This document shows, one piece after another, positions 1-10,557 of a stretch of DNA of 64,000 nt (position 1 is the stretch's first letter; the number at the start of each line of letters is the position of its first letter). A model generated the notes under the pieces. The model searched no databases. It worked only from the letters and a program-made list of their open reading frames with translations, and had not been told where the DNA came from. The translations under genes and the position numbers were made by a program. Source of the stretch: Tyzzerella sp. UBA1042 (GTDB lineage Bacteria; Bacillota; Clostridia; Lachnospirales; Anaerotignaceae); NCBI GenBank assembly GCA_002316675.1, contig DCDZ01000028.1, forward strand, positions 3,002 to 67,001, in the 5' to 3' direction.

Positions 1-456
1 ATCCTCTTTTCGCAAGGAATTAGGCTCCTTTTTTGCAATCATTTTGTGAAGCATTGCCATCATTGCTTTATGGATAACACCCAGCTTTTTATAGTCTATG
101 GCTCCCCGCAGATGGAACATCTTGATTTTATCCTGCATTTGCGCCGTAAGAACTTTACCGAGACTTTTTTTAATATGATCTGTATTGCTTGTGTCCGTAG
201 GATCGGCTAATCCGCAGGTAAACAATATCAGATTTTTATGGCACAGCTTATCGAAATTTTTTGTGAACAAATCAATTCCGCTTACACCACCGGCATAGAG
301 CCCTCCGCCAAAAATAATCGTATGATACGATTCCAAATCCGTAGGTTTTATAGTTTCACGATTCAATATATCACAAGATAATTCCTCTGCAATCCACTGT
401 GCATATTGCTTTGAAGAACCATATTTTGATTGAAAGACAACCACCGTTTTATTCAC
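1..456 (-). CDS. flavodoxin-domain protein, 3' end beyond the window edge
   Basis: The minus-strand frame is open from the window edge up to a GTG at 454-456, with AGGAG 5 nt upstream. It translates as VNKTVVVFQSKYGSSKQYAQWIAEEL...IIFGGGLYAGG, which is flavodoxin-like. It is absent from the ORF track because of the GTG start and the edge truncation. Confidence 0.6.
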   Translation of the reverse strand, partial: MNKTVVVFQSKYGSSKQYAQWIAEELSCDILNRETIKPTDLESYHTIIFGGGLYAGGVSGIDLFTKNFDKLCHKNLILFTCGLADPTDTSNTDHIKKSLGKVLTAQMQDKIKMFHLRGAIDYKKLGVIHKAMMAMLHKMIAKKEPNSLRKED

Positions 457-883
457 TGTTCTCCTCTTTTCTCAATCTCGTTTCTCTGATATAGAGATAT
501 TTTTTATGAAGTATACCATGTCTTTTCCATAAAAAAAGACATCTTTTTTTCTGGCGGAGAGCTTATTTTTTTGCGATAAACATTACTGCTTATGCATTCT
601 TATTTGCAGCAATACATTGAAAGGCTCTCCTATCAATTTCTGTGAATCTGTTTGACGGAAGCAATATGAAAACGCTACTACTATGCTTTATGATATAAAA
701 GAAGATGGTTCTTCTCCTTAGAGCAAACTCCATGCCTTTCGTGCAGAAGTTGGTTCATTTAGATTGCACTGTGAATCACAGAACGTTGTCGTTTACCACA
801 AATTTGAACATAAGCCGATGCAATCAAGAAGCATCAGCTTATGTTTTTGTTCTTCGGAAAAAATCCAAGATTCATGAACTTAT

Positions 884-2926
884 TTATCGAAGGGCCTTCA
901 CTGCCTTGATTTTGTTTAGGCCTTCTTCCATCATGCGGATTTGGTATCCGATAATCAGCGCACTTTCATAGCGCATTTCGGCAGAAGTGTCTTGCGTGCT
1001 CAAACCTTCAAGAATGTCTATATTTCTGTGTGTGTCGCAATAATCTCCAAATATATCCTGCAGATTTTTTAATAAAGCAATGGTATCCCCACGTTTAAGC
1101 GTAAGTAGGGGGTCAAGTATGCTGAGGCTGTAACGGAGCTTTTTGATGCGGATGCGCAGCTGGTGGATTGCCGTATACTCATTATCCGTGATTTTTCCAA
1201 CGCCGGCATTTATTTTTTTCAGCTGGCTGCTAATCCGTTTTTGGCAAAAGGCCGCAAACGACGTTTCCTCTTCCTCAGTTGCCGCAACTGCCGCCGAAGG
1301 CAATACATCCTCTACCCATGTTAAAACATGGAAAATAGTCGAGGTGATGGCCGCCTTGTCGGCGCAAACCAGATCCTGCTCCTTTTGGCGCTCGGACAAA
1401 AGGGCAGCACTCAAAACGCTTGCTCCTTCATGTAAAAGCGGATATACTTTTAAGAATTTGCTCCACTTTGATTTTAAAACGTCCAGTTCCCGCAGACGCC
1501 CCATTTGATTTGCAAGCTGCCGCATTTGCGCCTGCACGGCTGTATATTGGGTGGGGTCTAACAATGGTTTCATAAAGGACAGGGCGGCTCGAAACGTTCG
1601 GATGCTTATACGGAACTGATGGACGGTTGCGGGATCACCGGGTGTTTCAAGAAATTTTTGCAGTAACCGAAAGACTTCATGGCAATGGAAGCGCAGAATC
1701 TTCCGAAATTCGGGGACAGCTGCTGCACAGGGCTTGATTTTAAGACCCTTCGGAAGAACGGTCTCGGGTAACAGCGTCCATTCCGGCTGGGCGCCCAAGG
1801 GCTCTTGCGATGTGATGCGAAAGCCTACGGCACCGCCTTTTCCGAAGGGAATCCTAAAGCCGCAAAGTCTACGGCTCCACTCGCTTAGGTGAGGCTCATG
1901 GCCTACCACAACAAGGGTAAAAGGGGGAGCAAGCCTTTGATACGCTTCCAACAACCCTTCGTAATTTCCGCTTTCCACCCAGTCAACCTGTTCAAAGGCT
2001 TCTATTCCCATATGGTTTGCAATGAGCGCGGCAGTTTGGGCGGCACGCGGCAACGCACTTGAAACGAGCTGTAATTTTAGGCCGTCGAAATGGGATTCCA
2101 GTGCCGGGAGTATTTTTTTAAAATCCTTTACACCTTTTTCCGTTAGCTTTCTTTTGGCCTCCTCTGGGACTTCCTCTCGAGGATCTGCTTTTCCGTGGCG
2201 AATCAGAATCAATTTTTTTTCTACCGGCTGGCACCTCCTAATAGCGGGGGCTGTTTTCTCAAACTGTTCCAAACCCCGTCTGTATTTTGATGTTTCAGAA
2301 ACAGTTAAACCATCAATTTTTTTCTCAAGATCCTCTGAAAGCCGTTTTAATTCCGTTCTATGGGAAGAATCAGATTTTAGCTCGATCTCTAATTGAAAAT
2401 CTTGTACGGTTTCGCCGTTTTTCTTATAAACAACGTCATCCAGAGCCATTTCCATGGACAGGCTGCCAGCTGAAATGTTTACAGGCTCTCGATTATTCTC
2501 AATCACTAACGATTCAGTCAAAGCATCAGTTTGTTCTAAAAATGTAAGGTGTCGGCAAATATAATCCCGGTGGTCGCTTAAAGAGGGCTGTTTAATCAGC
2601 TTTTGGATTTCTAAACGCTCCATTTGGCTGCATTCTGCTTGGCCGGGCACCGGTTTTTTGATTGTAAGCTCATACTTACCGGCCTTTTCTCTGATTCTTA
2701 ACGTACAATTATGTTGATCCAAAATTCCGTTATTTGTGTCAAAATAGGTATCGATTTGCTTTTGCTTTGGCTGTATTTCATAGGCATAGCCAAGCTGTTG
2801 GTCTATCGTTTTTAAATACGCCTTTACTTTATCAAAAACGAGCCTGCTTGAAAAATGATATTTCTTTTCAATTTCAATTGGAGCTTCCGCTCTGCACTGC
2901 TTATCCATTTTGTTGATTTTTCTCAC
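884..2926 (-). CDS. three-domain protein: CYTH (triphosphate tunnel) - histidine phosphatase (SixA-like) - CHAD
   Basis: 680-aa ORF. The N-terminus has IEIEKKYHF...FQLEIELK (CYTH-like). The middle has LILIRHGKA...VVVGHEPHL (RHG / GHE histidine-phosphatase motifs). The C-terminus has VHQFRISIRTFRAALSF and IHQLRIRIKKLRYSL (CHAD-type helices). Confidence 0.8.
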   Translation of the reverse strand: MRKINKMDKQCRAEAPIEIEKKYHFSSRLVFDKVKAYLKTIDQQLGYAYEIQPKQKQIDTYFDTNNGILDQHNCTLRIREKAGKYELTIKKPVPGQAECSQMERLEIQKLIKQPSLSDHRDYICRHLTFLEQTDALTESLVIENNREPVNISAGSLSMEMALDDVVYKKNGETVQDFQLEIELKSDSSHRTELKRLSEDLEKKIDGLTVSETSKYRRGLEQFEKTAPAIRRCQPVEKKLILIRHGKADPREEVPEEAKRKLTEKGVKDFKKILPALESHFDGLKLQLVSSALPRAAQTAALIANHMGIEAFEQVDWVESGNYEGLLEAYQRLAPPFTLVVVGHEPHLSEWSRRLCGFRIPFGKGGAVGFRITSQEPLGAQPEWTLLPETVLPKGLKIKPCAAAVPEFRKILRFHCHEVFRLLQKFLETPGDPATVHQFRISIRTFRAALSFMKPLLDPTQYTAVQAQMRQLANQMGRLRELDVLKSKWSKFLKVYPLLHEGASVLSAALLSERQKEQDLVCADKAAITSTIFHVLTWVEDVLPSAAVAATEEEETSFAAFCQKRISSQLKKINAGVGKITDNEYTAIHQLRIRIKKLRYSLSILDPLLTLKRGDTIALLKNLQDIFGDYCDTHRNIDILEGLSTQDTSAEMRYESALIIGYQIRMMEEGLNKIKAVKALR

Positions 2927-3143
2927 CTCAATTTAGTATTCGGCTTGCTTTTTTAAGCAAGCTTTGCATTCAGCTTTTCTAATATAGAGTGACACAAATT
3001 TTCTATAATTATACCATAACCTATCGTATTTTCAAATGTTTGCTATGGTCTGTCTTTGCAGTCTGTATGTTTTGCCTTTTGCCCATGTGTAGGATTCTGT
3101 TGAAGAAAGAAAAAGGTGGATTCCTATCCGCCTTTTTTGATAT

Positions 3144-4729
3144 TCAGAAAGTATAGCACTGTGGTTGTGAATCGTTTCCTTTGCTTTCATCCTTGTCCAA
3201 AGCAAGTGCTCCCCTCGGGATTGCTGTCTGCATTTCAGCCAACAAAGGGAAATCTGTTTCCAAGTCAGCGCGCAGCTTGAACTTGCCTATTTCCTCCCGC
3301 AAGGCGGCGGATTGCGCCGACATTTTCTCGCTAGTGGCAGAGTTTTCCTCTGCTGTGGCGGCGTTGGACTGCACCACGTCGGAAACTTGATGCAGTCCCT
3401 GACGGATTTGCTCAATGCCACTGGCCTGTCCGGAGGAAGCCTCCTCGATGGTTTTGATAATATTGACACTCTGACGGGCAGGGGAATCAATATTCATATA
3501 GACTGCGCCAGCATTTTCATATGCTCATTGCCCGAATGGACTGCTTCTCTTGCTTGCTTGGTATATTGGGTTACAGACTGCACGTTTTCTAGGTTCTTTT
3601 GCGCTTGCTGTGCCAACATGGCAACAGAGGTACCACCTGTCCGGTTTCGTCGGCGGAATTTATGCTGATCTGTGCGCTTAAATTCCCACGGGACATCTGG
3701 TCTGCCACATCGGTCAGCCGGCGCAGCGGGCGTGCCGCGCTCCGAGAGAAGAACAAAATCAAGATACCGATCAACACCTCGGTAATGATAAAAATAGCAG
3801 TGGTTGTTGTACGCATGGCAGTGATGGGAGCCTCAAATTCGGTGTTGGGCAGGCCGGAGATCACAAGCCAGCCGATATCCCCAATGGGGGCGACATAGCC
3901 ATGGCTGCTTTGCCTGTGGGAGGCGTATTGCAGACTGATGGGCGTTTTTTCGGCTACGGTTTTTTTCAGGTTATCCGAAAGGTCGGTTTCAGCCGCCTGC
4001 TTGCCCACATAGCTTTCATCCGGATGATATAGAATCTGCCCAGAGCCGGATACCAAAATATAAAAGCCCCGTTCTCCCAGTTTATGGGCTTGGATGATCT
4101 CGGTCAGATGGTTCATTGCGGTATCCGCACCTGCCACACCCGCCCACCGGGCGTTGCCGTCGTAGATGGGCATTACCATGGTAACAACGTTAAGGTTCAC
4201 GGTATCGTCCGAATACAGGTCGGTCAAATCACCCGGTGGTCTGATCGGCATTTATCACCGACCGATACCAGCCCCGCTGCGCTATGTCCCAGTTTTCGTC
4301 CGAAATAAAGCCGTCCAAGGCCCAGAATTGGCTTGAATCAATGTCCGCAAGTCATGTGCTCAGAATACTTTCATTCGTTTTTACAAGGCTGATCATTGTA
4401 TCTGTGGCCTGTGCAAAGCTTTCCGCCTCGGCAATGAGGCTACCCTTTTGGGTGTCCGACAGAATTTTCCGAAACTGCTCATTGGCGGCCATATCCTTCA
4501 CAAGTTGGGAAAAGGGTTCAATCTTCCCATCAATTCGATAGGAGACCGCCTTGAAGGTGGTTGCCAGCTCATCGTTCGGAAGGCTATAAATACTTGCTCG
4601 GGCACTGTTCGTTGTTAGAATGCCCGCAATCAGAAAGGCAATGATTACCGGAAGAGCGATGATGACCAATATTTTTGTCCGAAGGCGTTTCAGCCTTATC
4701 TTTTTTTCGCCTTTCGTAATACTCTTCAT
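3144..4729 (-). pseudogene. methyl-accepting chemotaxis protein, degraded by frameshifts, a stop and an internal deletion
   Basis: Three collinear minus-strand ORF pieces. 4352-4729 carries an N-terminal TM segment and the start of the sensor. 3589-4251 carries a Cache-like sensor, a second TM and HAMP (ARPLRRLTDVADQMSRGNL). 3144-3497 carries only the C-terminal arm of the signalling domain (...EENSATSEKMSAQSAALREEIGKFKL). The pieces are in different frames, and the conserved hairpin core (QTNLLALNAAIEAARAGE-type) is missing. Confidence 0.7.
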
Positions 4730-5194
4730 AAATTACCGTCCGTCGCTTTTTGTTTTCGTCATAGTTACCATAAATATGACTGTTATTATCGAAAAAAATA
4801 AACTTTTATATATTATTTCAGTTTAGTTATTCTCCATGACATATTCTAGCGCAAGACAGTAAAAAATAAGTAAAGCCAACTTCTTGTATCCCTTAGAAGA
4901 GATATTGCAGAGAGCTTTTGATTCTTGAGGTTTCCGTGAAATTTTGACACCGTTTCATCATAGCATCCTCTGGTGTAAGGCGTAGATTCAAGCCGTCTGC
5001 ATGGATCGGCTTCGTCACCACAGAGGGAACTGCGCAAAGCCATAGTATTCAAGCCTATACTGAATAGAATCATTGCCCGTATAGAGAAGGATGAATGAGC
5101 ATGAATGAAATGTGTGCAATTGCTTTGGCAGAACAAAGTTTTATCAAAAGAAGTCGATGGAAGTTGATAGACTTCTTTTGATCCATATGCTAAA

Positions 5195-5992
5195 ATGAAA
5201 AAGAAATTCATGTCGTTTGCATTGGAGAGAGCTATGGAGAAAAGAATGCAAAAACATATTGTTTTCATATGGTATCTTACAACCTTGATCGTTACGGGGG
5301 GCTTGCTCTGTTTGCACTTTGTTTGGAAAAGTGTAGGGGAGTATTCCGTCTCCTTCACCCAATTCGGGCCAATGCTTGCAACATTGCTGCTCCTCTGTAT
5401 TACTAAGGATAAGCTTGCTTTGTCAGACCTACAAAACGGATTATTGTTCCGTAGGAAATATGTTGTTTTTTATGTAGCGGCGGCAATTTTACCCCTTGGG
5501 TTTATGGCCATGAACGGTTGGCTGCTAGCAGTGCTTTTTCACAGTCCGTATCTTCCTTGGAAGGGAGACACAATTTTTTATACTCTAAATTTTGCGGCAA
5601 TTCTGCTCGGAAGTATGGGGGAAGAAGTGGGCCGGCGTGGATATTTGCTGCCGAAACTAAATAAAAAATTCACACCTTTTTTCGCCAGCATCCTTGTGGG
5701 CTGCTTGTGGGGATTTTGGCATCTAAACTATGCGGGAGATATTCTTTTTTGGATTCTGTTCACTATAACTACGATAGAACTTTCCGTTATCTTTACATTT
5801 TTTATGTACAGAACAAAGGGAAACTTATGGACAGTTATCCTACTGCATACTTTTTTTAACGTTGCAAATCGTGTGTTTGTCTGGGAGCGGTTTCACGCAA
5901 TGCTTTTGTTCACAGAAATGATTTTATTGGGATTGGTTTGCATGATTATTGTGATAGGAAGCAGGGGATGGATATTCCAAAAACTAAGATAG
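5195..5992 (+). CDS. CPBP family intramembrane glutamic endopeptidase (CAAX protease / Abi-like)
   Basis: Polytopic membrane ORF with GEEVGRRGYLLP, FWHL and LLHTFFN motifs. The true start may be an internal Met. Confidence 0.75.
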   Translation: MKKKFMSFALERAMEKRMQKHIVFIWYLTTLIVTGGLLCLHFVWKSVGEYSVSFTQFGPMLATLLLLCITKDKLALSDLQNGLLFRRKYVVFYVAAAILPLGFMAMNGWLLAVLFHSPYLPWKGDTIFYTLNFAAILLGSMGEEVGRRGYLLPKLNKKFTPFFASILVGCLWGFWHLNYAGDILFWILFTITTIELSVIFTFFMYRTKGNLWTVILLHTFFNVANRVFVWERFHAMLLFTEMILLGLVCMIIVIGSRGWIFQKLR

Positions 5993-6118
5993 ATATGCTT
6001 CAAAATAGAGCCTGTATCTATGGTTACGAATGGGAAATATTTAGAAAAATGCAGATAAAGTTTAGTTTGGTAATGGGGCTGGCATATCTTACAGTCCTTT
6101 TTTCTTGAAACACCGAAA

Positions 6119-6164
6119 ATAGCCGTTGCAAAGAGGTCAAGCCTTCATTGCAACGGCTATTTTT
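6119..6164. terminator. bidirectional stem-loop between convergent genes
   Basis: atagccgttgcaa (6119-6131) pairs perfectly with ttgcaacggctat (6148-6160), a 13-bp stem. It is flanked by an A-run and a T-run. Confidence 0.5.
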
Positions 6165-6196
6165 ACAGTGTAGCCATGCTAACTATACATTCAAGT

Positions 6197-7609
6197 TTAT
6201 TCTGTAATTTGAGAGAGCGCGTTTTCGGCATTGGCCAACTGGTTCGAGTCAGGGTATTCGGTAATAACCTTTTGATAGTAGGTTTTTGCCTGCTCTATAT
6301 CTTCTGCATTTTCGGCAATTTTTGCCAAATAATAGTAGGCATCATCAATAAAGTTTTCGTCGGAGGCATAGTTCAATGCGCTCTCCAGATTTGCCTTTGC
6401 TTCTGTAAATTTGTTACTTAAAAAGTCACTTTTCCCCTTCGTATAAAGGCTATCTGCGGCTTTTGGATAAGCCGTTGCCTTCAGTGTGTTATATTTTGCC
6501 ATATCTTCTTCACTAAAGCCCATGGTATCAATCCGATCCAGAGTGGCAACACAGGCCTCAAAGTCAGAATCTGTCATCTGAGAAACTGCTGTCTGCAATA
6601 ATTCAAGATTTGCCTGTTTCGTTTCCTCACTGCGCAAGCGTTTATTTTCATTTTGCAATGTTTCCAGTTCCGTTCGCATGGCCAAAACTTCCTCTGGCGT
6701 CATTTGTGTTTCACCGGCATAGGTATCTACCTTTGCTTGCAGCTCTTGCATTGTTTTATCCTTTACCTCGTTTATGGCGGGCATAATTAAAACCAGAATG
6801 ACAATGGCCGCAGAGGCAATACCAATTAAAAAGGAAATAATATCCCTTTTTTCCAAAATGCCAAGCTTCTTTTCCTTCCTTTTATATCTGGGCATGGGCG
6901 GAGCACTATCGGTTTTTTTGGGAGAAACCGTTTTTTGAGAAGAGTCCTCTTTGTTTTCCTGGGCACGCAACGCTTTTTTGCGAAGGTTATTGGCACCGCC
7001 ATTGATCATACTTTCGTATTTTAACGCCTTCAGATTTTTCCGATCCTTTTTTAAAACAATATCAATAAAATGCTGCGCCCGCTTATAGTTATTTTCTTCT
7101 ATACAGCACAGAATTAATAGGTTATAGGCATCAATAAAATCCGGGTTGCTGTCTATGGCTTTTTTTAATTGAATGATTGCCATATCATCGCTGCCATGAT
7201 TTAGGTATAAAAGGGCTTGGTTGTACATTCTTACGGCATCATTATACCGTTCCATTTCCCTGCCGTTTTTTTGCAAAAAGTCCATATATCCAACGGCGGG
7301 ATTTTTCTCCTTCACAATGGAGGTACTAATAATCCAATGCTTCAGAGCATCTGCAATTTTGCCTGTTTCACAATAAATCAAGCCCAACAGGTTTCGGGCC
7401 TGCATATTATTTTTATCAAAAAGGAGGCTCTGCTCCAGTTTTTCTGCTGCACCGGAAAGATCCAGACCCTTCGCCATTTCCAAGGCTTCGTTATACAGTC
7501 GAACGGAAAGCTTTCTGGTTTTTAATAAAACAAAGGCATCCATTCCGCACTTGGGGCAGAGATAACCTTCGGAAAATTCAAATCCACAATTCGGGCATCT
7601 CATTCTCAT
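6197..7609 (-). CDS. zinc-ribbon / TPR-repeat membrane-anchored protein
   Basis: 470-aa ORF with N-terminal CPNCG...CPKCG, several TPR-like repeats, a central TM segment (IISFLIGIASAAIVILVLIM), a coiled coil and C-terminal TPR repeats. Confidence 0.8.
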   Translation of the reverse strand: MRMRCPNCGFEFSEGYLCPKCGMDAFVLLKTRKLSVRLYNEALEMAKGLDLSGAAEKLEQSLLFDKNNMQARNLLGLIYCETGKIADALKHWIISTSIVKEKNPAVGYMDFLQKNGREMERYNDAVRMYNQALLYLNHGSDDMAIIQLKKAIDSNPDFIDAYNLLILCCIEENNYKRAQHFIDIVLKKDRKNLKALKYESMINGGANNLRKKALRAQENKEDSSQKTVSPKKTDSAPPMPRYKRKEKKLGILEKRDIISFLIGIASAAIVILVLIMPAINEVKDKTMQELQAKVDTYAGETQMTPEEVLAMRTELETLQNENKRLRSEETKQANLELLQTAVSQMTDSDFEACVATLDRIDTMGFSEEDMAKYNTLKATAYPKAADSLYTKGKSDFLSNKFTEAKANLESALNYASDENFIDDAYYYLAKIAENAEDIEQAKTYYQKVITEYPDSNQLANAENALSQITE

Positions 7610-7620
7610 CGCTCCTTTGC

Positions 7621-7773
7621 TTATTCCGGGGAAGCACCGATTTTTTTATCTTTTGCAATATGCTCTAAAATATCAACCAGGTCTTTTAATTGATTGGGCT
7701 GCAATGCCTCTTCAATTTGGTCTAACTCGAGAATGGGTTGATATCTGGAAAGTTCATCTTTAAAGTTGAACAT
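7621..7773 (-). CDS. small hypothetical protein (50 aa)
   Basis: ATG at 7771-7773 (rc) with GGAGG 7 nt upstream. It translates as MFNFKDELSRYQPILELDQIEEALQPNQLKDLVDILEHIAKDKKIGASPE and is too short for the ORF track. It sits directly upstream of the TPR gene. Confidence 0.35.
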   Translation of the reverse strand: MFNFKDELSRYQPILELDQIEEALQPNQLKDLVDILEHIAKDKKIGASPE

Positions 7774-7784
7774 AGTTGACCTCC

Positions 7785-9080
7785 TTATTCAAATGACAAT
7801 ATATAGGAACGTAAAGCACCAATCATATACAGGGAACCGCAGCACAGAATCAGTTCATCCTTTTCTGTGATTTCCAATGCTTTTTGATATGCCTGCTCCA
7901 GCTCCGGTTCAATATAGCAAGGGATGCTGCCGCAGGATATGGCAGTTGCCAAAGCACCAGCCTCTAGCTTACGGGCATTATGAGGCTCGCTAAAAATCAC
8001 ACGATGGGCAAGGGGAAGAATCAGCTCCGCCATTTTTTCATATTCTTTATCCCCTAAAATGCCTAAAATCAGGGTTATTTTCTTTTTTGTAAAATAAATG
8101 GGAATGCTTTCTGCTAAGCGGCGTATTCCATCCACATTGTGAGCACCGTCTAAAATAAGCATAGGCTCTTTTTTGCAAATTTCCATTCTTCCGGCCCAAG
8201 CGGTTTTTTGGATACCGGCACGAATTTGCTGGGGCGTGAAGGAAAGCCCGTTTTTTTTCAGCACCTCACAGGCAGCCAAAACAGTAATGCAATTTTGAAT
8301 TTGGTGCTGCCCTGCCAAAGGCAGAAATATGTTTTCATACTGAAAGGATGCACAGGCTACATCGAAGACGGTTCCCTCTATGGTTTGAGAGGAAACTTTG
8401 ATGCGGGCATCCTTAGGGCAATAAAAGGGCGCTTCCAGAGAATGGGCTTTGTTTTTTACAATATTATATACTACTTCATCCTGAGAATACAACACAACAG
8501 GACAATTTTTCTTTATAATACCGGCCTTTTCTTCTGCAATTTGGGCAATGGTGTTGCCCAAAAACTCCGTATGGTCCATGCTAATCGACATAATGATGCT
8601 CAAAAGGGGGTTTTCAATGATGTTTGTGGCATCATATTTTCCGCCCAGTCCTACCTCCAAAACAAGAACATCCACTTGCTCATTTGCAAAATAGAGGAAA
8701 GCGGCGCCTGTAATGACCTCAAACAGGGTGGGGCATTCCTTTCCCTCTGCAACCAGCTGTTCACAAGCGGCTCGTATTTTGGTAATACTATCGGCAAAGG
8801 CAGCGCCGGTAATTTGCTGCCCATTGATGACAAACCGCTCATTATAGCGTGCAAGGTGGGGGGAGGTGTATCCTCCGGCACGATAGCCCCCTTCCTGCAA
8901 AATGGAACAAAGCATTGCAGTGGCAGAACCTTTTCCGTTGGTTCCTGCAATATGTATCATTTTAAGGTTTTTTTCCGGATTTCCCAGCTTTTCCATTAAA
9001 TTAGAAATTCTTTCAAGGCCGGGACAAGAGGCAAACCCGATTTCCTGTTCTAAATATGCTATACTTTCTCGATAATTCAT
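7785..9080 (-). CDS. folC: bifunctional folylpolyglutamate synthase / dihydrofolate synthase
   Basis: Contains HIAGTNGKGS (P-loop) and a Mur-ligase-like layout. The start is taken at MNYRESIAYLEQ (cat at 9078-9080) rather than the upstream Met in the ORF track. Confidence 0.9.
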   Translation of the reverse strand: MNYRESIAYLEQEIGFASCPGLERISNLMEKLGNPEKNLKMIHIAGTNGKGSATAMLCSILQEGGYRAGGYTSPHLARYNERFVINGQQITGAAFADSITKIRAACEQLVAEGKECPTLFEVITGAAFLYFANEQVDVLVLEVGLGGKYDATNIIENPLLSIIMSISMDHTEFLGNTIAQIAEEKAGIIKKNCPVVLYSQDEVVYNIVKNKAHSLEAPFYCPKDARIKVSSQTIEGTVFDVACASFQYENIFLPLAGQHQIQNCITVLAACEVLKKNGLSFTPQQIRAGIQKTAWAGRMEICKKEPMLILDGAHNVDGIRRLAESIPIYFTKKKITLILGILGDKEYEKMAELILPLAHRVIFSEPHNARKLEAGALATAISCGSIPCYIEPELEQAYQKALEITEKDELILCCGSLYMIGALRSYILSFE

Positions 9081-9439
9081 TGTTGACTCCAATCTTTGAT
9101 ACAAACCCAAACGGGTCCCCAACAGAGACAGTACAGTGCATGAAACCCGCTGTTTTCGGGGAAGTTGGATTTGTCAGTTGCAAATTAAGGGATTTCCAGA
9201 TAAAGAAGGAGAATGGCTTTTTCGGTATTGTTGCATCTTAAGAGGCTGTAAAAATAAAGAAGTGCCATCGTTCTTTTATAATCTTTATCTATTATACCAA
9301 GAATATTCCATTCTGCAAGAAGATTAAGAAAAGTGAAAAAGAAAATTACGATCGCATTTAGATTCTAAATTTTAGTTGTCTGAAAGAGAATAAAATTGTA
9401 TAATAGAACAGATTTGTGGGGAATGAAAGGAGTACTACC

Positions 9440-10540
9440 ATGAGGGAAAATATGGATTACAATAGAAAAAGGCAACAGGAAAGAAGGCAGCTTCGGGAGA
9501 AAAAACGCCGACGGGACAAAAGGATTCGTCTGGGAATGTTTTTGATTATTGCGGTGATCGTTGGACTTCTTTCTTTTGGAATGTCAAAAAATTTTATGAT
9601 GGCTTCGGCGGAGGAGCCTGTCTTAACGGGTGAGACGGTCATTGTGACCATTCCCGAGGGCGCATCAACGGCGGATATTGCAGATATTTTAAAGGAAAAT
9701 AAATTGATCAAAAGTGCGTTTTCCTTTCGTTTGAGCAGTAAAATGAATGGCTTTGACGGAACCTATCAGCAAGGCATCTACGAAGTGGATAAAGGGCTAA
9801 ATGCCACACAAATTATGGAACTATTGCAAACCGGCATTGTTTTTAATGATATAAAATTCACTGTTCCCGAAGGGTATAACACCCAACAGATTGCCGCAAA
9901 GGCAGAGGAAACGGGAATTTGCACCGCCGAAGAATTTATAGAGGCGTGCAATACAGGCACCTATGAATTTGATTTTCTAAAGGATATACCCGATAGAGAA
10001 TTCAAATTAGAGGGCTATCTTTTTCCCGATACTTACTATATGAAGGAAGAAACAACGGCAACAGAGTTGATTCAGAATATGCTCAGCCGTTTTGACCAAA
10101 TGTATACGAAGGAGTATCAGGATGTAGTGGCTTCCGGCGGATACACCTTAGATCAGCTTGTTACCATGGCATCTATCATTGAGAAAGAAATCAAGGTGGA
10201 GGAGGAGCGTCCCCGGGCCGCAGGAGTTATTTACAATAGGCTGGAGGAGAAAATGCCTTTGCAGATGGACGCTACCGTTTTATATGCCATGGGCATTGTA
10301 AAAGAGGACATTTCTACCGTTGATTTGCAGTATGATTCTCCATATAATACCTATCAAGTGTCAGGGCTTCCCATAGGGCCGATTTCTAACCCCGGAGAAT
10401 TGTCGTTTCAAGCGGCTCTTTACCCAGAGGAGAACAACTATATTTATTATGTAGTTGAGGCAAAAGGGAAGGATAACCATGTGTTCTGCGAAACCTATGA
10501 GGAATTTTTAAAAGCCAAGGAGAAATATAAGGCAAGTTGA
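9440..10540 (+). CDS. mltG: endolytic murein transglycosylase MltG (YceG family)
   Basis: Basic N-terminus, a single TM segment, and YceG-like motifs (LEGYLFPDTY, ASIIEKE, VIYNRL, LQMDATV). GAAAGGAG RBS lies before the ATG at 9440. Confidence 0.9.
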   Translation: MRENMDYNRKRQQERRQLREKKRRRDKRIRLGMFLIIAVIVGLLSFGMSKNFMMASAEEPVLTGETVIVTIPEGASTADIADILKENKLIKSAFSFRLSSKMNGFDGTYQQGIYEVDKGLNATQIMELLQTGIVFNDIKFTVPEGYNTQQIAAKAEETGICTAEEFIEACNTGTYEFDFLKDIPDREFKLEGYLFPDTYYMKEETTATELIQNMLSRFDQMYTKEYQDVVASGGYTLDQLVTMASIIEKEIKVEEERPRAAGVIYNRLEEKMPLQMDATVLYAMGIVKEDISTVDLQYDSPYNTYQVSGLPIGPISNPGELSFQAALYPEENNYIYYVVEAKGKDNHVFCETYEEFLKAKEKYKAS

Positions 10541-10557
10541 TTTTAGGAGAGAATAGA

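Noticed and set aside
460-480. A minus-strand reading ...NEIEKRGEQ* that superficially resembles a sigma region 4.2 tail.
   Set aside because: It lacks the VSR residues, overlaps the RBS of the flavodoxin-like gene, and has no junction symmetry with the 47.68 kb break. I treat it as coincidence.
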